Assembly: GCA_036002325.1 (NCBI GenBank)
Contig: DASYTJ010000038.1
Span: forward strand, 10,665 to 74,664
Length of the DNA stretch: 64,000 nt
From: Thermoanaerobaculia bacterium
Lineage (GTDB): Bacteria; Acidobacteriota; Thermoanaerobaculia; Multivoradales; UBA5704
Reading direction: 5' to 3'
Shown here: in pieces, positions 48,522 to 56,529 of the stretch
Numbering within the stretch: the stretch's first letter is position 1
How the letters are laid out: the number at the start of each line of letters is the position of its first letter
Made by a program: the position numbers and the translations under genes
The notes under the pieces: generated by a model
Databases searched by the model: none
The model's input: the letters and a program-made list of their open reading frames with translations, nothing else
Told to the model about the DNA's origin: nothing

Positions 48522-48761
48522 ATGAAATTGCTACGGCTGGTGGGACTGGTTTCGCTCTTCGCCGTCTGTTTGATGCTGATGCCATCCGCAGGCGTCGAGA
48601 CCGCTCGTGCCGCCGCTACTGGTTATGGGTGTTATGCGGATTGTTGCGGCGGAGGGTGGGCTATGGGCGTTGGCGACACCGTCGACCAAGCATACCAAAC
48701 CCTCGACTGTGGAAGATACGGTGTGTGCGGGACGATCGAGTGTGAGCAGATAAATTATTAG
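48522..48761 (+). CDS. small Sec-secreted cysteine-rich peptide (79 aa precursor, ~50 aa mature, 7 Cys)
   Basis: Perfect SD GGAGGTGA 7 nt upstream of ATG 48522. Signal peptide MKLLRLVGLVSLFAVCLMLMPSAGVETARA|AATG. Mature part GYGCYADCCGGGWAMGVGDTVDQAYQTLDCGRYGVCGTIECEQINY. Low-GC gene in a high-GC genome. Confidence 0.5.
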   Translation: MKLLRLVGLVSLFAVCLMLMPSAGVETARAAATGYGCYADCCGGGWAMGVGDTVDQAYQTLDCGRYGVCGTIECEQINY

Positions 48762-48890
48762 CGCCCCCACTTCATGATTCATCTTGACGTGACCGGGTGA
48801 GACCTGCTGGACGGGCTTGATCCCCAGGAGCGGGCCCGTCCCCCGGTTCCGGGACCGCTCCTGATGCTTCGCTCCGCGCCAGGGTAGGCG

Positions 48891-48931
48891 GCTCGCCCGT
48901 CAGGGAGAGGGGGACAGGGGGTGAGGCTTCG
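48891..48931 (+). repeat. REP-like dispersed repeat, copy B, immediately 3' of Omp85-like paralogue 1
   Basis: GCTCGCCCGTCAGGGAGAGGGGGACAGGGGGTGAGGCTTCG. One mismatch to copy A over 39 bp. Confidence 0.7.
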
Positions 48932-48949
48932 CGCGCAGACGGCCAGGCT

Positions 48950-50734
48950 TCAGAACGTATCCCTGGTCGTCACCAGCCACTGCACCCGTTCGATCGAGCG
49001 GTTGGCGTCCAGGGGAAACGCGACGTCGAGGTGCAGGACGGCGCCGCGGGAGGAGCGGCTGGAGCCGAGGCGCAGGCCGAGGCCGGCGTCCTTGAGAATC
49101 CGGCGCTCCTGGGCGGCGAGCTTGGGGTCCCGCTGCGACCGGGGGTTCACGAACCAGGCCTGGCCGGCGTCGAAGAAGACGGCGGCACCCAGGTGGACGA
49201 GGTGGAAGAGCTCGCGGTCGCTGAAGAACCGCTGCTCGAGCGTGAGCAGGACGCGGCGGTCGCCGGCCTGGTAGCGGAGGGGATAGCCGCGCAGCCCGCT
49301 GTCGCCGCCGAGCAGGAGCTGGTCTTCGCCGTCGAGGCGGTGGGCTAGGTCGGCGCCGAGCGCGGCGTAGAAGACCTGGTCACCGAAGTCGCGCGCGTAC
49401 CAGCGCACCTTGCCGCCGGCCACCAGGTCCTCGGCGTCGCCGTCCGCCCAGCGGGTGGAGCCGCCGAGCTGGGCGAGGACGAGCTGGCGCCGGGTGGGCC
49501 GCCAGCCGGTGGAGGCCGCGCTCTGGACGATCCAGCGCTCGCCGTCGCCGCCGAAGGCCGGGGAGGACAAGCCGAGGAGGAGGTTGAACTGCCGGCCGAG
49601 GTTGAGGTCCTCCGAGCGCTGGATGCGGTCGAGATCTCGCTCCACCACGAAGCGGTCCTGCACCGACTCGAAGCTGATCCAGGGGTAGGCGAGCCGGCGG
49701 TCGGGCGGCAGGGTAACCAGCTTCGGAATGGAGGAGGAGGCCTTGAAGGCAGACCGCGAGAACTTCGACGACAGCGTGAACGCGTCGTCCGACCAGGTGA
49801 AGCCGAAGCGCAGCCGCCGCGCCGCGCCCTCCCGGAGGCCGCTCGAGAGGCCGCCGTAGATCTCCAGGAACTCGTGCTCATGGTTGAAGCCGACGATGGC
49901 CTTGCCGGCGGTATAGAGCTGCTCGAGGCGGTCGTCGCGGAACGCGCGCACGCCCGCCGCCCAGCGCGAGCTGAGCGAGTAGAAGGGCCGCTCCAGCTCG
50001 AAGCGCTCCCGCCCGCCGTCGCTGTTGTCGGCATAGGAGAGGGTCAGCCGGACGCGGCTCCCGAGCAGGTTGGGATCGCGGTAGCGGACGAGGTTCGAGG
50101 TGCGGTCCACCGTCCCGATGCGCGAGATGGAGAGCTCTTTACCGGTGCCCAGGACGTTGGTGTCCTCCACCCACAGGCTCGTGTTGTTGGCGCCGCCCGA
50201 GCGGCTGAAGCTGGCGCCGCCCTCCAGCGTCCAGACGTCGCGGGTGGTCACCTCCACGTCCACCTTGCCGTCCTCGCGCAGCACCGGACGGATGTCCACG
50301 TCGTAGAGATAGTCGTTCTGCCGCAGCAGGCGCGCGGACTCGGCGATCAGCTCGGGAGAGAACACGTCGCCCGGCTTGAAGAGGAGCTGCCGCTCGATCA
50401 CCCCCGGGCGGGTGGAGCGGTGCACCTGGTTCGCCAGCCGGAACAGCCGGCCGTCTTCGCCGGGCTTCTCCGGATCAAAGAGGTCCTGGGCGACGACGCG
50501 CACCTCGCCGATGACGCTCCCCGGCGGAATCGCCGGAGCGCCCCGGACCTCGATGCCGGTAGCCAGGACCGGGGGCCGCGAAGCCCGCAGCCAGGAGGAG
50601 AGATTCGGGGACGGCTGCGCCGCTCCTGGATCGGGATGGGCCAGGAACAAGGCGCCGACAAGCGCACTGGCGGCCGTCAGCCGGCAGACACGGTCAAAGA
50701 CTGGCGGGCGGCGGACGCCGCGGCTCGAATCCAT
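48950..50734 (-). CDS. Omp85-superfamily outer-membrane beta-barrel protein with a single POTRA-like domain (BamA/TamA/TpsB-like), paralogue 1
   Basis: Signal peptide, POTRA-like segment (GEVRVVAQDLFDPEKPGEDGRLFRLANQVH...FKPGDVFSPELIAESARLLRQNDYLYDVDIRPV), barrel with LRGYPLRY loop-6-like motif, C-terminal ...TTRDTF. Confidence 0.6.
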   Translation of the reverse strand: MDSSRGVRRPPVFDRVCRLTAASALVGALFLAHPDPGAAQPSPNLSSWLRASRPPVLATGIEVRGAPAIPPGSVIGEVRVVAQDLFDPEKPGEDGRLFRLANQVHRSTRPGVIERQLLFKPGDVFSPELIAESARLLRQNDYLYDVDIRPVLREDGKVDVEVTTRDVWTLEGGASFSRSGGANNTSLWVEDTNVLGTGKELSISRIGTVDRTSNLVRYRDPNLLGSRVRLTLSYADNSDGGRERFELERPFYSLSSRWAAGVRAFRDDRLEQLYTAGKAIVGFNHEHEFLEIYGGLSSGLREGAARRLRFGFTWSDDAFTLSSKFSRSAFKASSSIPKLVTLPPDRRLAYPWISFESVQDRFVVERDLDRIQRSEDLNLGRQFNLLLGLSSPAFGGDGERWIVQSAASTGWRPTRRQLVLAQLGGSTRWADGDAEDLVAGGKVRWYARDFGDQVFYAALGADLAHRLDGEDQLLLGGDSGLRGYPLRYQAGDRRVLLTLEQRFFSDRELFHLVHLGAAVFFDAGQAWFVNPRSQRDPKLAAQERRILKDAGLGLRLGSSRSSRGAVLHLDVAFPLDANRSIERVQWLVTTRDTF

Positions 50735-51119
50735 GCTGGGAACTCCTTGAACGACCGTCAGTTCGGTGGATCATAACCCAAGGCGCCCCGAAAGTATCGT
50801 GTAGCAGCATCTTTCAGGGAGCGGCAAAGTCGGCTGAGGTGGTCTCTTCTTCAGAAGGCACCTCTGTGTGGACGCTCCGGGGGGCGGGCAGCCATGTTGG
50901 GCTGCCTCGACATGGAATCTCCTTGTTCCGACGATTTTGGCGGAGCCTTCGGCTTGTTTCAGGGAGCGGCGACTGGCCTGACGGTCAGGGTCCTCCGACA
51001 CACGCGGCGGCGGGTCAGGATGAGGGTCCTGCGAGCCCATGCCGGGTCTCGGCACCGCAAGCTGAATCGCACCGCCGCGGGCTCGCGGGCCGGTTTTTTG
51101 TGTTCGTGGAGCGCCACCG

Positions 51120-51745
51120 TCAGATGACGGGACGATTTCTCAGATGACGGAGCGATACCGCCAGATGAGGGCGTGATTTCTGAGATGGCGGAGCCGCCCC
51201 GTCATCTGACGGAGCGCTTTCTGATCCTGGGGAGCGCCGCCCCATCCTGCGGCGTTGTTTCTGAGATGAGGGAGCGCCGCCGTCAGATAAGGGCGCGGAT
51301 TCTGAGATAACGGAGCGGCTCCCCCATCTGACGGAGCGCTTTCTCATCCTGGGGAGCGCCGCCGTCATCCTGGGGCGCCGTTTCTCAGATCAGGGAACCC
51401 CGCCGTCAGATGAGGGCGCGGTTTCTGAGATGACGGAGCGGCTCCCCCATCTGACGGAGCGCCTTCTTATCCTGGGGAGCGCCGCCGTCATCCTGGGGCG
51501 CCGTTCCTCAAATGGGGGAACCCCGCCGTCAGATGGGGGCGCGGTTTCTGAGATGACGGAGCGGCTCCCTCATCGGCGGAGCGCCTTCTCATCCTGGGGA
51601 ACGCCGCCGTCATCCTGGGGCGCCGTTTCTCAGATGGGGGAGTCCCGCCATCAGATGGGGGCGCGGTTTCTGAGATGATGGAGCGGCTCCCTCATCTGGC
51701 GGAGCGCCTTCTCATCCTGGGGAACGCCGCCGTCATCTGACGTAG
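51120..51745. repeat. tandem repeat array: ~5 units of ~120 bp, each built from alternating inverted copies of a GTCAGATGGGGG(C)GCG-like motif
   Basis: Unit starts at about 51304, 51424, 51544 and 51664 (85-95% identical), with degenerate copies from 51120. Both strands are interrupted by stops. Confidence 0.8.
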
Positions 51746-52000
51746 CGAGGCCGTCACTTGACGGAAAGGCACCACAAGGCTGTGGCGCGAGGCTGCGAGC
51801 TGCTGCGGTGCAAGCCGCGAAGCCTTATTGAGGAACCATTTAGAGCGACGAGAAGCTTGGGCGCCGGCACCCGAGCTCAGCCGCGGGCGCTCTAGCCTCC
51901 GTCGTAGCCCGCCTCGACGAGCGCCGCGAGCTTCGTTGAGCTTTAGCCTGCATGGCAGTACTGTCTTGGCGGCCGCGGCTCATGGAGGCAAGGAACACCT

Positions 52001-52396
52001 ATGGATAGGGCGGACTGCGTTTCGATAGAGGAAATGACGGCGGCGATTTGGGCGCGGCTCCTCGCCCAGTGGGAGGGCTGGAAGAACCAGGATCCGGCAC
52101 CCAATGACGCGATCATCGCCGATGACTTCCATTCCTTTTGGCCCGACGGCTCGCGCCATACAGGCAGGCCCACGGCACAGCAGATGGCCGAGCAGCCCAT
52201 TTCCGGGTACAAATTGTCAGAGTTCCGCGTCGTGCCGGTTGGCGCGGATACGGCGCTCGTCACGTACTTCGCCGATATCCATACTCCCGGCGACACTCCC
52301 GGCGACACCGAGCACCATATGGCCGTCGGAGAGGTCTGGGTGAAGCGCAACGGCCAGTGGCAAATCTGCGGCTACTCGGGCACGCTGATGAAGTAG
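52001..52396 (+). CDS. SnoaL-like/DUF4440 (NTF2-fold) protein
   Basis: ...ADDFHSFWPDGSRHTG...GADTALVTYFADIH...VGEVWVKRNGQWQICGYSGT pattern typical of DUF4440/NTF2-like proteins. Confidence 0.5.
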   Translation: MDRADCVSIEEMTAAIWARLLAQWEGWKNQDPAPNDAIIADDFHSFWPDGSRHTGRPTAQQMAEQPISGYKLSEFRVVPVGADTALVTYFADIHTPGDTPGDTEHHMAVGEVWVKRNGQWQICGYSGTLMK

Positions 52397-52402
52397 AGCC
52401 TC

Positions 52403-54085
52403 TCAGGGCCGCGCCCACCGCAGGCTCGCTCCCTCTCTCAGCCGCAGCTCCGGCGAGTAGGTGACCCAGCCGGCCGGCGAGACATATTCGATCCGCAAGG
52501 GCAGCACGTCGAGTCGGCCCACTTTGAAGCCGGCCCGCCGCGGCATGTCGTAGGCTTCGGCGCCGTCGGCCAGGACGAAGCGGTACCGGCCATCGTCGTA
52601 CGGTCCGAGATTCCAGAAGAGATCCTCGCCGGCGAAGCGGAAGGAGGCTTTCAGCGGAGCGCGGCGAATCGACGAGCAGTGCCGAGCCCGCAGAGCCGGA
52701 ATCGATGGCGCGAGGTCGACGATGCGATGCGAGGCCTCGTCATAACCCCAGACCCGCCCGAGCCGGCCGCGATGAACGCAAAGGTACAGGTCGTCCTGAA
52801 ACCAGCCCCCGCCCGGGGGACGATGAAAGACCGCTTCCTTCATCCACGCCAGCTCTCTGAGCGAGGCCGCCAGGGTGAGCGGATGCCGCAGAACGTCCTC
52901 TTTCCTCATTTCCAGGAGGAAGCGGTTCTCGGCGCTCATCCGTTCGACCCTGGCGAAGCGGACGGCCCAATCCTGGCGGTTCAGCCACAGGCCCGAAGCG
53001 CAGGCCGCAAGGGCGAGGGCCGCACCGGTCCGACGCCTCGCCGCGGCCAGCGTCCGGCAGCCGGCCGCGAAGGCGACCGCCACGACGAGCCACGCCGGCA
53101 GCGCGTAGCGCGGCTCCATCCGCGTCGAGACGGGCAGCGCCGGCAGCGCGGCGAGGATCAGCGCGAAGGCGAACAGGGCGGTTGCCTTCCAGCCTCGCAT
53201 CAGGAGAAGCGCCAGGATTCCCACGGCGAGAACGGCGCCGAAGAGGACCGCCGCCGGCGAGAGCCGTCCGCCCACGATCTGCGCAGCGATCTTGCCCGGC
53301 AGCTCCAGGGCGAGGCGCGGCAGGCTGGAGCCGCTCGCGATGAAACCGTAGCCGCCGAACGGCGTGCCCAGCACCGCGTAACGGAGACCCAGGTAGAGAA
53401 GGGCGGCCGCCGCGTGCGGCATCGCGAGACGCGATCGCTGCCGGAAACCGGACTGCGGGGCTCCCGCCGGAACCGGCAGGAAAGGAAGGACCGCCACGAA
53501 AGGTACCGCGATCTCCTTCGCCATGCAGGCGGCGAAGTAGAGCAGCGCCGAGAGCCACGTCCACCTCCAGGCTCGTCCCCCATTTCGATACAGCGCCGCG
53601 GCCCAGGCCGCCACGGCGAGCGCGGAGAGGAGGAGGGTCTCGACGTAGTGGTGCGCCAAAACGAGCGCCAGGGAAGCGGTGACCGGGCCGATAAGGAAGA
53701 GCCACGCTCCGGCCGCGGACCAGGAGCGCCGCAGCCAGAGGCGCAGGACGGCATAGAGCGCCGGCGGGCACAGAGACAGTGACAGGAGTTGATGCACGTA
53801 GAAGGGGCGGGGCTCGAGGCCGAACAGCCAGCGGTCCAGATCCAGCGAGAGGAAGAGCAGCGGCGTCAGCAGCCTGGAGGGGAAGTCGCGGTAGCCCGCC
53901 GAGTCGAAGATGTACCAGAGCGGGCGGTGGGTGAGCTGAAACCGCAGGTGAAAGAAATCGTCACCCGTCCACCAGAGCCGGAGGACGGAGCCGTACAGCA
54001 GCCACGCCGCGCCGGCCAGGGCCAGCAGGACGGCCCCTTCCGCCGCGGCCCGCCGAGCTTTGGCTTTGGGATGTTGCGCGAACAC
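52403..54085 (-). CDS. polytopic membrane protein, putative GT-C glycosyltransferase (ArnT/PMT/GT39-like)
   Basis: ~11-13 TM helices in the first 400 aa with a DDxxH-like WWTGDDFFHLRF near TM1 and a soluble C-terminal domain. Family call is tentative. Confidence 0.45.
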   Translation of the reverse strand: MFAQHPKAKARRAAAEGAVLLALAGAAWLLYGSVLRLWWTGDDFFHLRFQLTHRPLWYIFDSAGYRDFPSRLLTPLLFLSLDLDRWLFGLEPRPFYVHQLLSLSLCPPALYAVLRLWLRRSWSAAGAWLFLIGPVTASLALVLAHHYVETLLLSALAVAAWAAALYRNGGRAWRWTWLSALLYFAACMAKEIAVPFVAVLPFLPVPAGAPQSGFRQRSRLAMPHAAAALLYLGLRYAVLGTPFGGYGFIASGSSLPRLALELPGKIAAQIVGGRLSPAAVLFGAVLAVGILALLLMRGWKATALFAFALILAALPALPVSTRMEPRYALPAWLVVAVAFAAGCRTLAAARRRTGAALALAACASGLWLNRQDWAVRFARVERMSAENRFLLEMRKEDVLRHPLTLAASLRELAWMKEAVFHRPPGGGWFQDDLYLCVHRGRLGRVWGYDEASHRIVDLAPSIPALRARHCSSIRRAPLKASFRFAGEDLFWNLGPYDDGRYRFVLADGAEAYDMPRRAGFKVGRLDVLPLRIEYVSPAGWVTYSPELRLREGASLRWARP

Positions 54086-54128
54086 GGCGGGAGTTTACTG
54101 CCATAAATCGGCCGCATTGCCCGCGCGA

Positions 54129-54160
54129 CCTCACCCCCTGGCCCCTTCTACGTGAGGCTT
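54129..54160 (-). repeat. REP-like dispersed repeat, copy C (reverse orientation), immediately 3' of Omp85-like paralogue 2; forms a CCTCAC...GTGAGG hairpin
   Basis: CCTCACCCCCTGGCCCC is the reverse complement of the GGGGCCAGGGGGTGAGG core. Confidence 0.65.
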
Positions 54161-54206
54161 CCCTGTCCTTGTTGTCCTTGCTGTCCTTTGTGTCCTTGGT
54201 TTTCTA

Positions 54207-55916
54207 TCAGAACGTATCCTTGGTCGACACCAGCCACTGCAGGCTCTTGACGTCGCGGCCGCCGTCGAGCGGGAAGGCGAGGTCGAGGTGGACCATGGTG
54301 CCGCGGGCGGAGGAGCGGCTGGAGCCGATGCGCAGGCCGATGCCGACGTCCCGCAGCAGCTCCCGGTCAGCCGCGAGCTTGCCGTCGACATCCTGGAACC
54401 AGGCCGAGCCGGCGTCGAAGAAGACTGCGGCGCCCAGATGCGCGAGATGGAAGAGCTCCCGGTTGCTGAAGAACCGCTGCTCGACGGTGAACAGCACGCG
54501 GTTGTCGCCTTGCAGGTAGCGCAGAGGGTAGCCGCGCAGACCGGTGTCACCTCCGAGCAGGAGCTGGTTCTCAGGGTCGAGATCGTGCGCCACGTCCCAT
54601 CCCAGGCTGACGTAGAAGAGATTGTTGCCGAAGTCGCGGATGTAGTAACGGAGACGGCCGCCCACCAGCAGGTTCTCGGCCACGCTGCGGTTCATCCGCG
54701 AGCCGCCCTGCAACGACGCCAGCACGAGCTGGCGCGGGCTCAGCCGCCAGCCGACGGAGCCGCCGACGTCGGCGATCAGGCGGTTGGCGTCGCCGCCGAA
54801 GACGGGGGAGGACCAGCCGAGGCGCAGATGGTACTGCTGCCCCAGGTTCACGTCTTCGGTCCGCTCGAGGCGGTCGAGGTCGCGGACGGTGAAGTAGCCG
54901 TCGTTGACGAACTCGTAGCTCAGCCAGGGATAGGCCAGGGTGCGGTCCGCCGGTATCAGCGACGGAGGCTCGAAACCCTCGGCGGTCGAGAAGCGGTCTC
55001 TCTCATAGGTGAAGCCGGTGCGCCAGCGGTGGGTCGAGCGATTGGCAAGGCCGGGCGAGAGACCGGCGTAGACCTCGAAGGTGTCCTGCCGGTGCTGGAA
55101 CCGGTCGAAGACGTGGCCGCGGTCGTAGAGGGGATCCACCCGGTCGTCCAGGTTCGCCGACAGCCCCAACGCCCAGCGCGTGTCGAGAGAGTAGAACGGC
55201 CGTTCCAGCAGCAATCTCGCGACGGCGCCGTCGCTGTTGGCGGAGTAGGCGGTGTCGAGCCGGCCGTGAGTTCCGAAGAGGTTCGGGTCCCGGTACTCGA
55301 TAAGGTTGGCCGTGCGGTCGACCGAGGTCTGGTGGGATACCGAGATGGCTTTGCCGGTGCCGAGGAAGTTGATGTCCTCGACGTCGAAGTGGACGGTATT
55401 GGTGCCGCCCGACCGGCGGAAGCCGACTCCCCCTTGCAGGGTCCAGACGTCGCGGGTGACGACTTCGAGGTCCACCTCGCCCTCGCCAGTCGGTACCGGG
55501 CGAATCCTCGCGTCGTAGAGGTAGGGATTCTTCCGCAGGATCCTCTCGGACTCCGCCGCTTGCTCCTCGGAGTACTCGTCGCCGGGCCTGAGGAGCACCT
55601 GGCGCTCGATCACCTCCGGCCGCGTGACGAAGTGGAAGCGGTCCGCCAGCCGGAAGAGGAGCTTGTCCTCCCCGGGCTCTTCGAGATCGAAGATGTTCTC
55701 CGTGACGACGTGGATCTGCCGCACTTTGGGCGGCTCAGAGGTGGCGGGTTCCTGGACCGGCAGCGTCTCGAGGCTGGCGTCCGGCGGCGCCACCTGCTGG
55801 GCCGGTGCCGGCTGTGCGGGAATCAGCGTGAGACCGAGAAGGAAGGGACAAAACGACGAGATGCGACGGCTGCGGCGGGTCGGCGACATGACGAACGGCT
55901 CCTGTCCTCGCCGCAT
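54207..55916 (-). CDS. Omp85-superfamily outer-membrane protein, paralogue 2
   Basis: Collinear with paralogue 1 (IHVVTENIFDLEEPGEDKLLFRLADRFHFVTRPEVIERQVLLRPGDEYSEEQAAESERILRKNPYLYDARIRPV...; C-terminal ...STKDTF). The 3' flank CAGAACGTATCC(C/T)TGGTCG shared with paralogue 1 is visible at DNA level. Confidence 0.6.
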   Translation of the reverse strand: MRRGQEPFVMSPTRRSRRISSFCPFLLGLTLIPAQPAPAQQVAPPDASLETLPVQEPATSEPPKVRQIHVVTENIFDLEEPGEDKLLFRLADRFHFVTRPEVIERQVLLRPGDEYSEEQAAESERILRKNPYLYDARIRPVPTGEGEVDLEVVTRDVWTLQGGVGFRRSGGTNTVHFDVEDINFLGTGKAISVSHQTSVDRTANLIEYRDPNLFGTHGRLDTAYSANSDGAVARLLLERPFYSLDTRWALGLSANLDDRVDPLYDRGHVFDRFQHRQDTFEVYAGLSPGLANRSTHRWRTGFTYERDRFSTAEGFEPPSLIPADRTLAYPWLSYEFVNDGYFTVRDLDRLERTEDVNLGQQYHLRLGWSSPVFGGDANRLIADVGGSVGWRLSPRQLVLASLQGGSRMNRSVAENLLVGGRLRYYIRDFGNNLFYVSLGWDVAHDLDPENQLLLGGDTGLRGYPLRYLQGDNRVLFTVEQRFFSNRELFHLAHLGAAVFFDAGSAWFQDVDGKLAADRELLRDVGIGLRIGSSRSSARGTMVHLDLAFPLDGGRDVKSLQWLVSTKDTF

Positions 55917-55952
55917 GATACAGCCAAAGGTGCCCTCGCCTCCCTACGCCGG

Positions 55953-56363
55953 CTACGGTTCCAACCCTTGCGTGAGATCCCGAATGCGGGGCGCGAGCCG
56001 TTGGATCTCTTCGAGATGAGCCGCCGAAAGCCGCTGCAGGGTCTGGGCTCCCAGCGGGCTCAGGCGCAGGCGGACGATGCGGCGGTCTCCCGCATCCTCC
56101 TGCCGCTCCACGAGGCCCGCCTTCTCCGCCCGATCCACGAGCCCGACCGCGCTGTGGTGGCGCAGCATGAGATAGCCGGCGACGTCGCCGATGGTCGGAC
56201 CCCGATCGCCGTCGTGTCCGCGCACGGCGAGCAGGAGCTGGTGCTGGGCAGGCGTCAGCCCCGCTTTCTCCGCCTGCTCCTCGCTCCAGCGCAGAAAACG
56301 GCGCAGGTCGGTGCGGAACTGGAGAAGCCGCCGGTAGTCGGCGTCTTCCAGTTGGTTGGGCAT
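55953..56363 (-). CDS. MarR family transcriptional regulator
   Basis: winged-helix region LTPAQHQLLLAVRGH...IGDVAGYLMLRHHSAVGLVDRAEKAGLVERQEDAGDRRIVRLRLSPLG. Confidence 0.85.
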   Translation of the reverse strand: MPNQLEDADYRRLLQFRTDLRRFLRWSEEQAEKAGLTPAQHQLLLAVRGHDGDRGPTIGDVAGYLMLRHHSAVGLVDRAEKAGLVERQEDAGDRRIVRLRLSPLGAQTLQRLSAAHLEEIQRLAPRIRDLTQGLEP

Positions 56364-56529
56364 GGAGTCAGTGTATCGCAGGCGACCGTCGTGCTACGAT
56401 GCATCGCGTCGCGATACAAGCGGCGAGCCCGAGGTCTCCGTGAAAGCTCAGACAGCCCTGCGAATTTATCGGGGATCTGCGCTCCGAAGCCTACCGGCGA
56501 AATTTTCACAGACTCCAAAGGAGAGGGGA

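Noticed and set aside
51120-51678. ORFs 51120-51368 (-) and 51430-51678 (+) as genes for repetitive proteins
   Set aside because: They exist only because the tandem repeat lacks stops in one frame per strand for ~250 bp. Adjacent units are interrupted by stops, and the peptide would be low-complexity (MTERLPHLTERLLILGSAAVILGRR repeated).
51120-51745. CRISPR array
   Set aside because: Repeats are ~120 bp with internal inverted sub-motifs and no unique spacer-length intervening sequences. No cas genes within the window. Classified instead as a tandem minisatellite.
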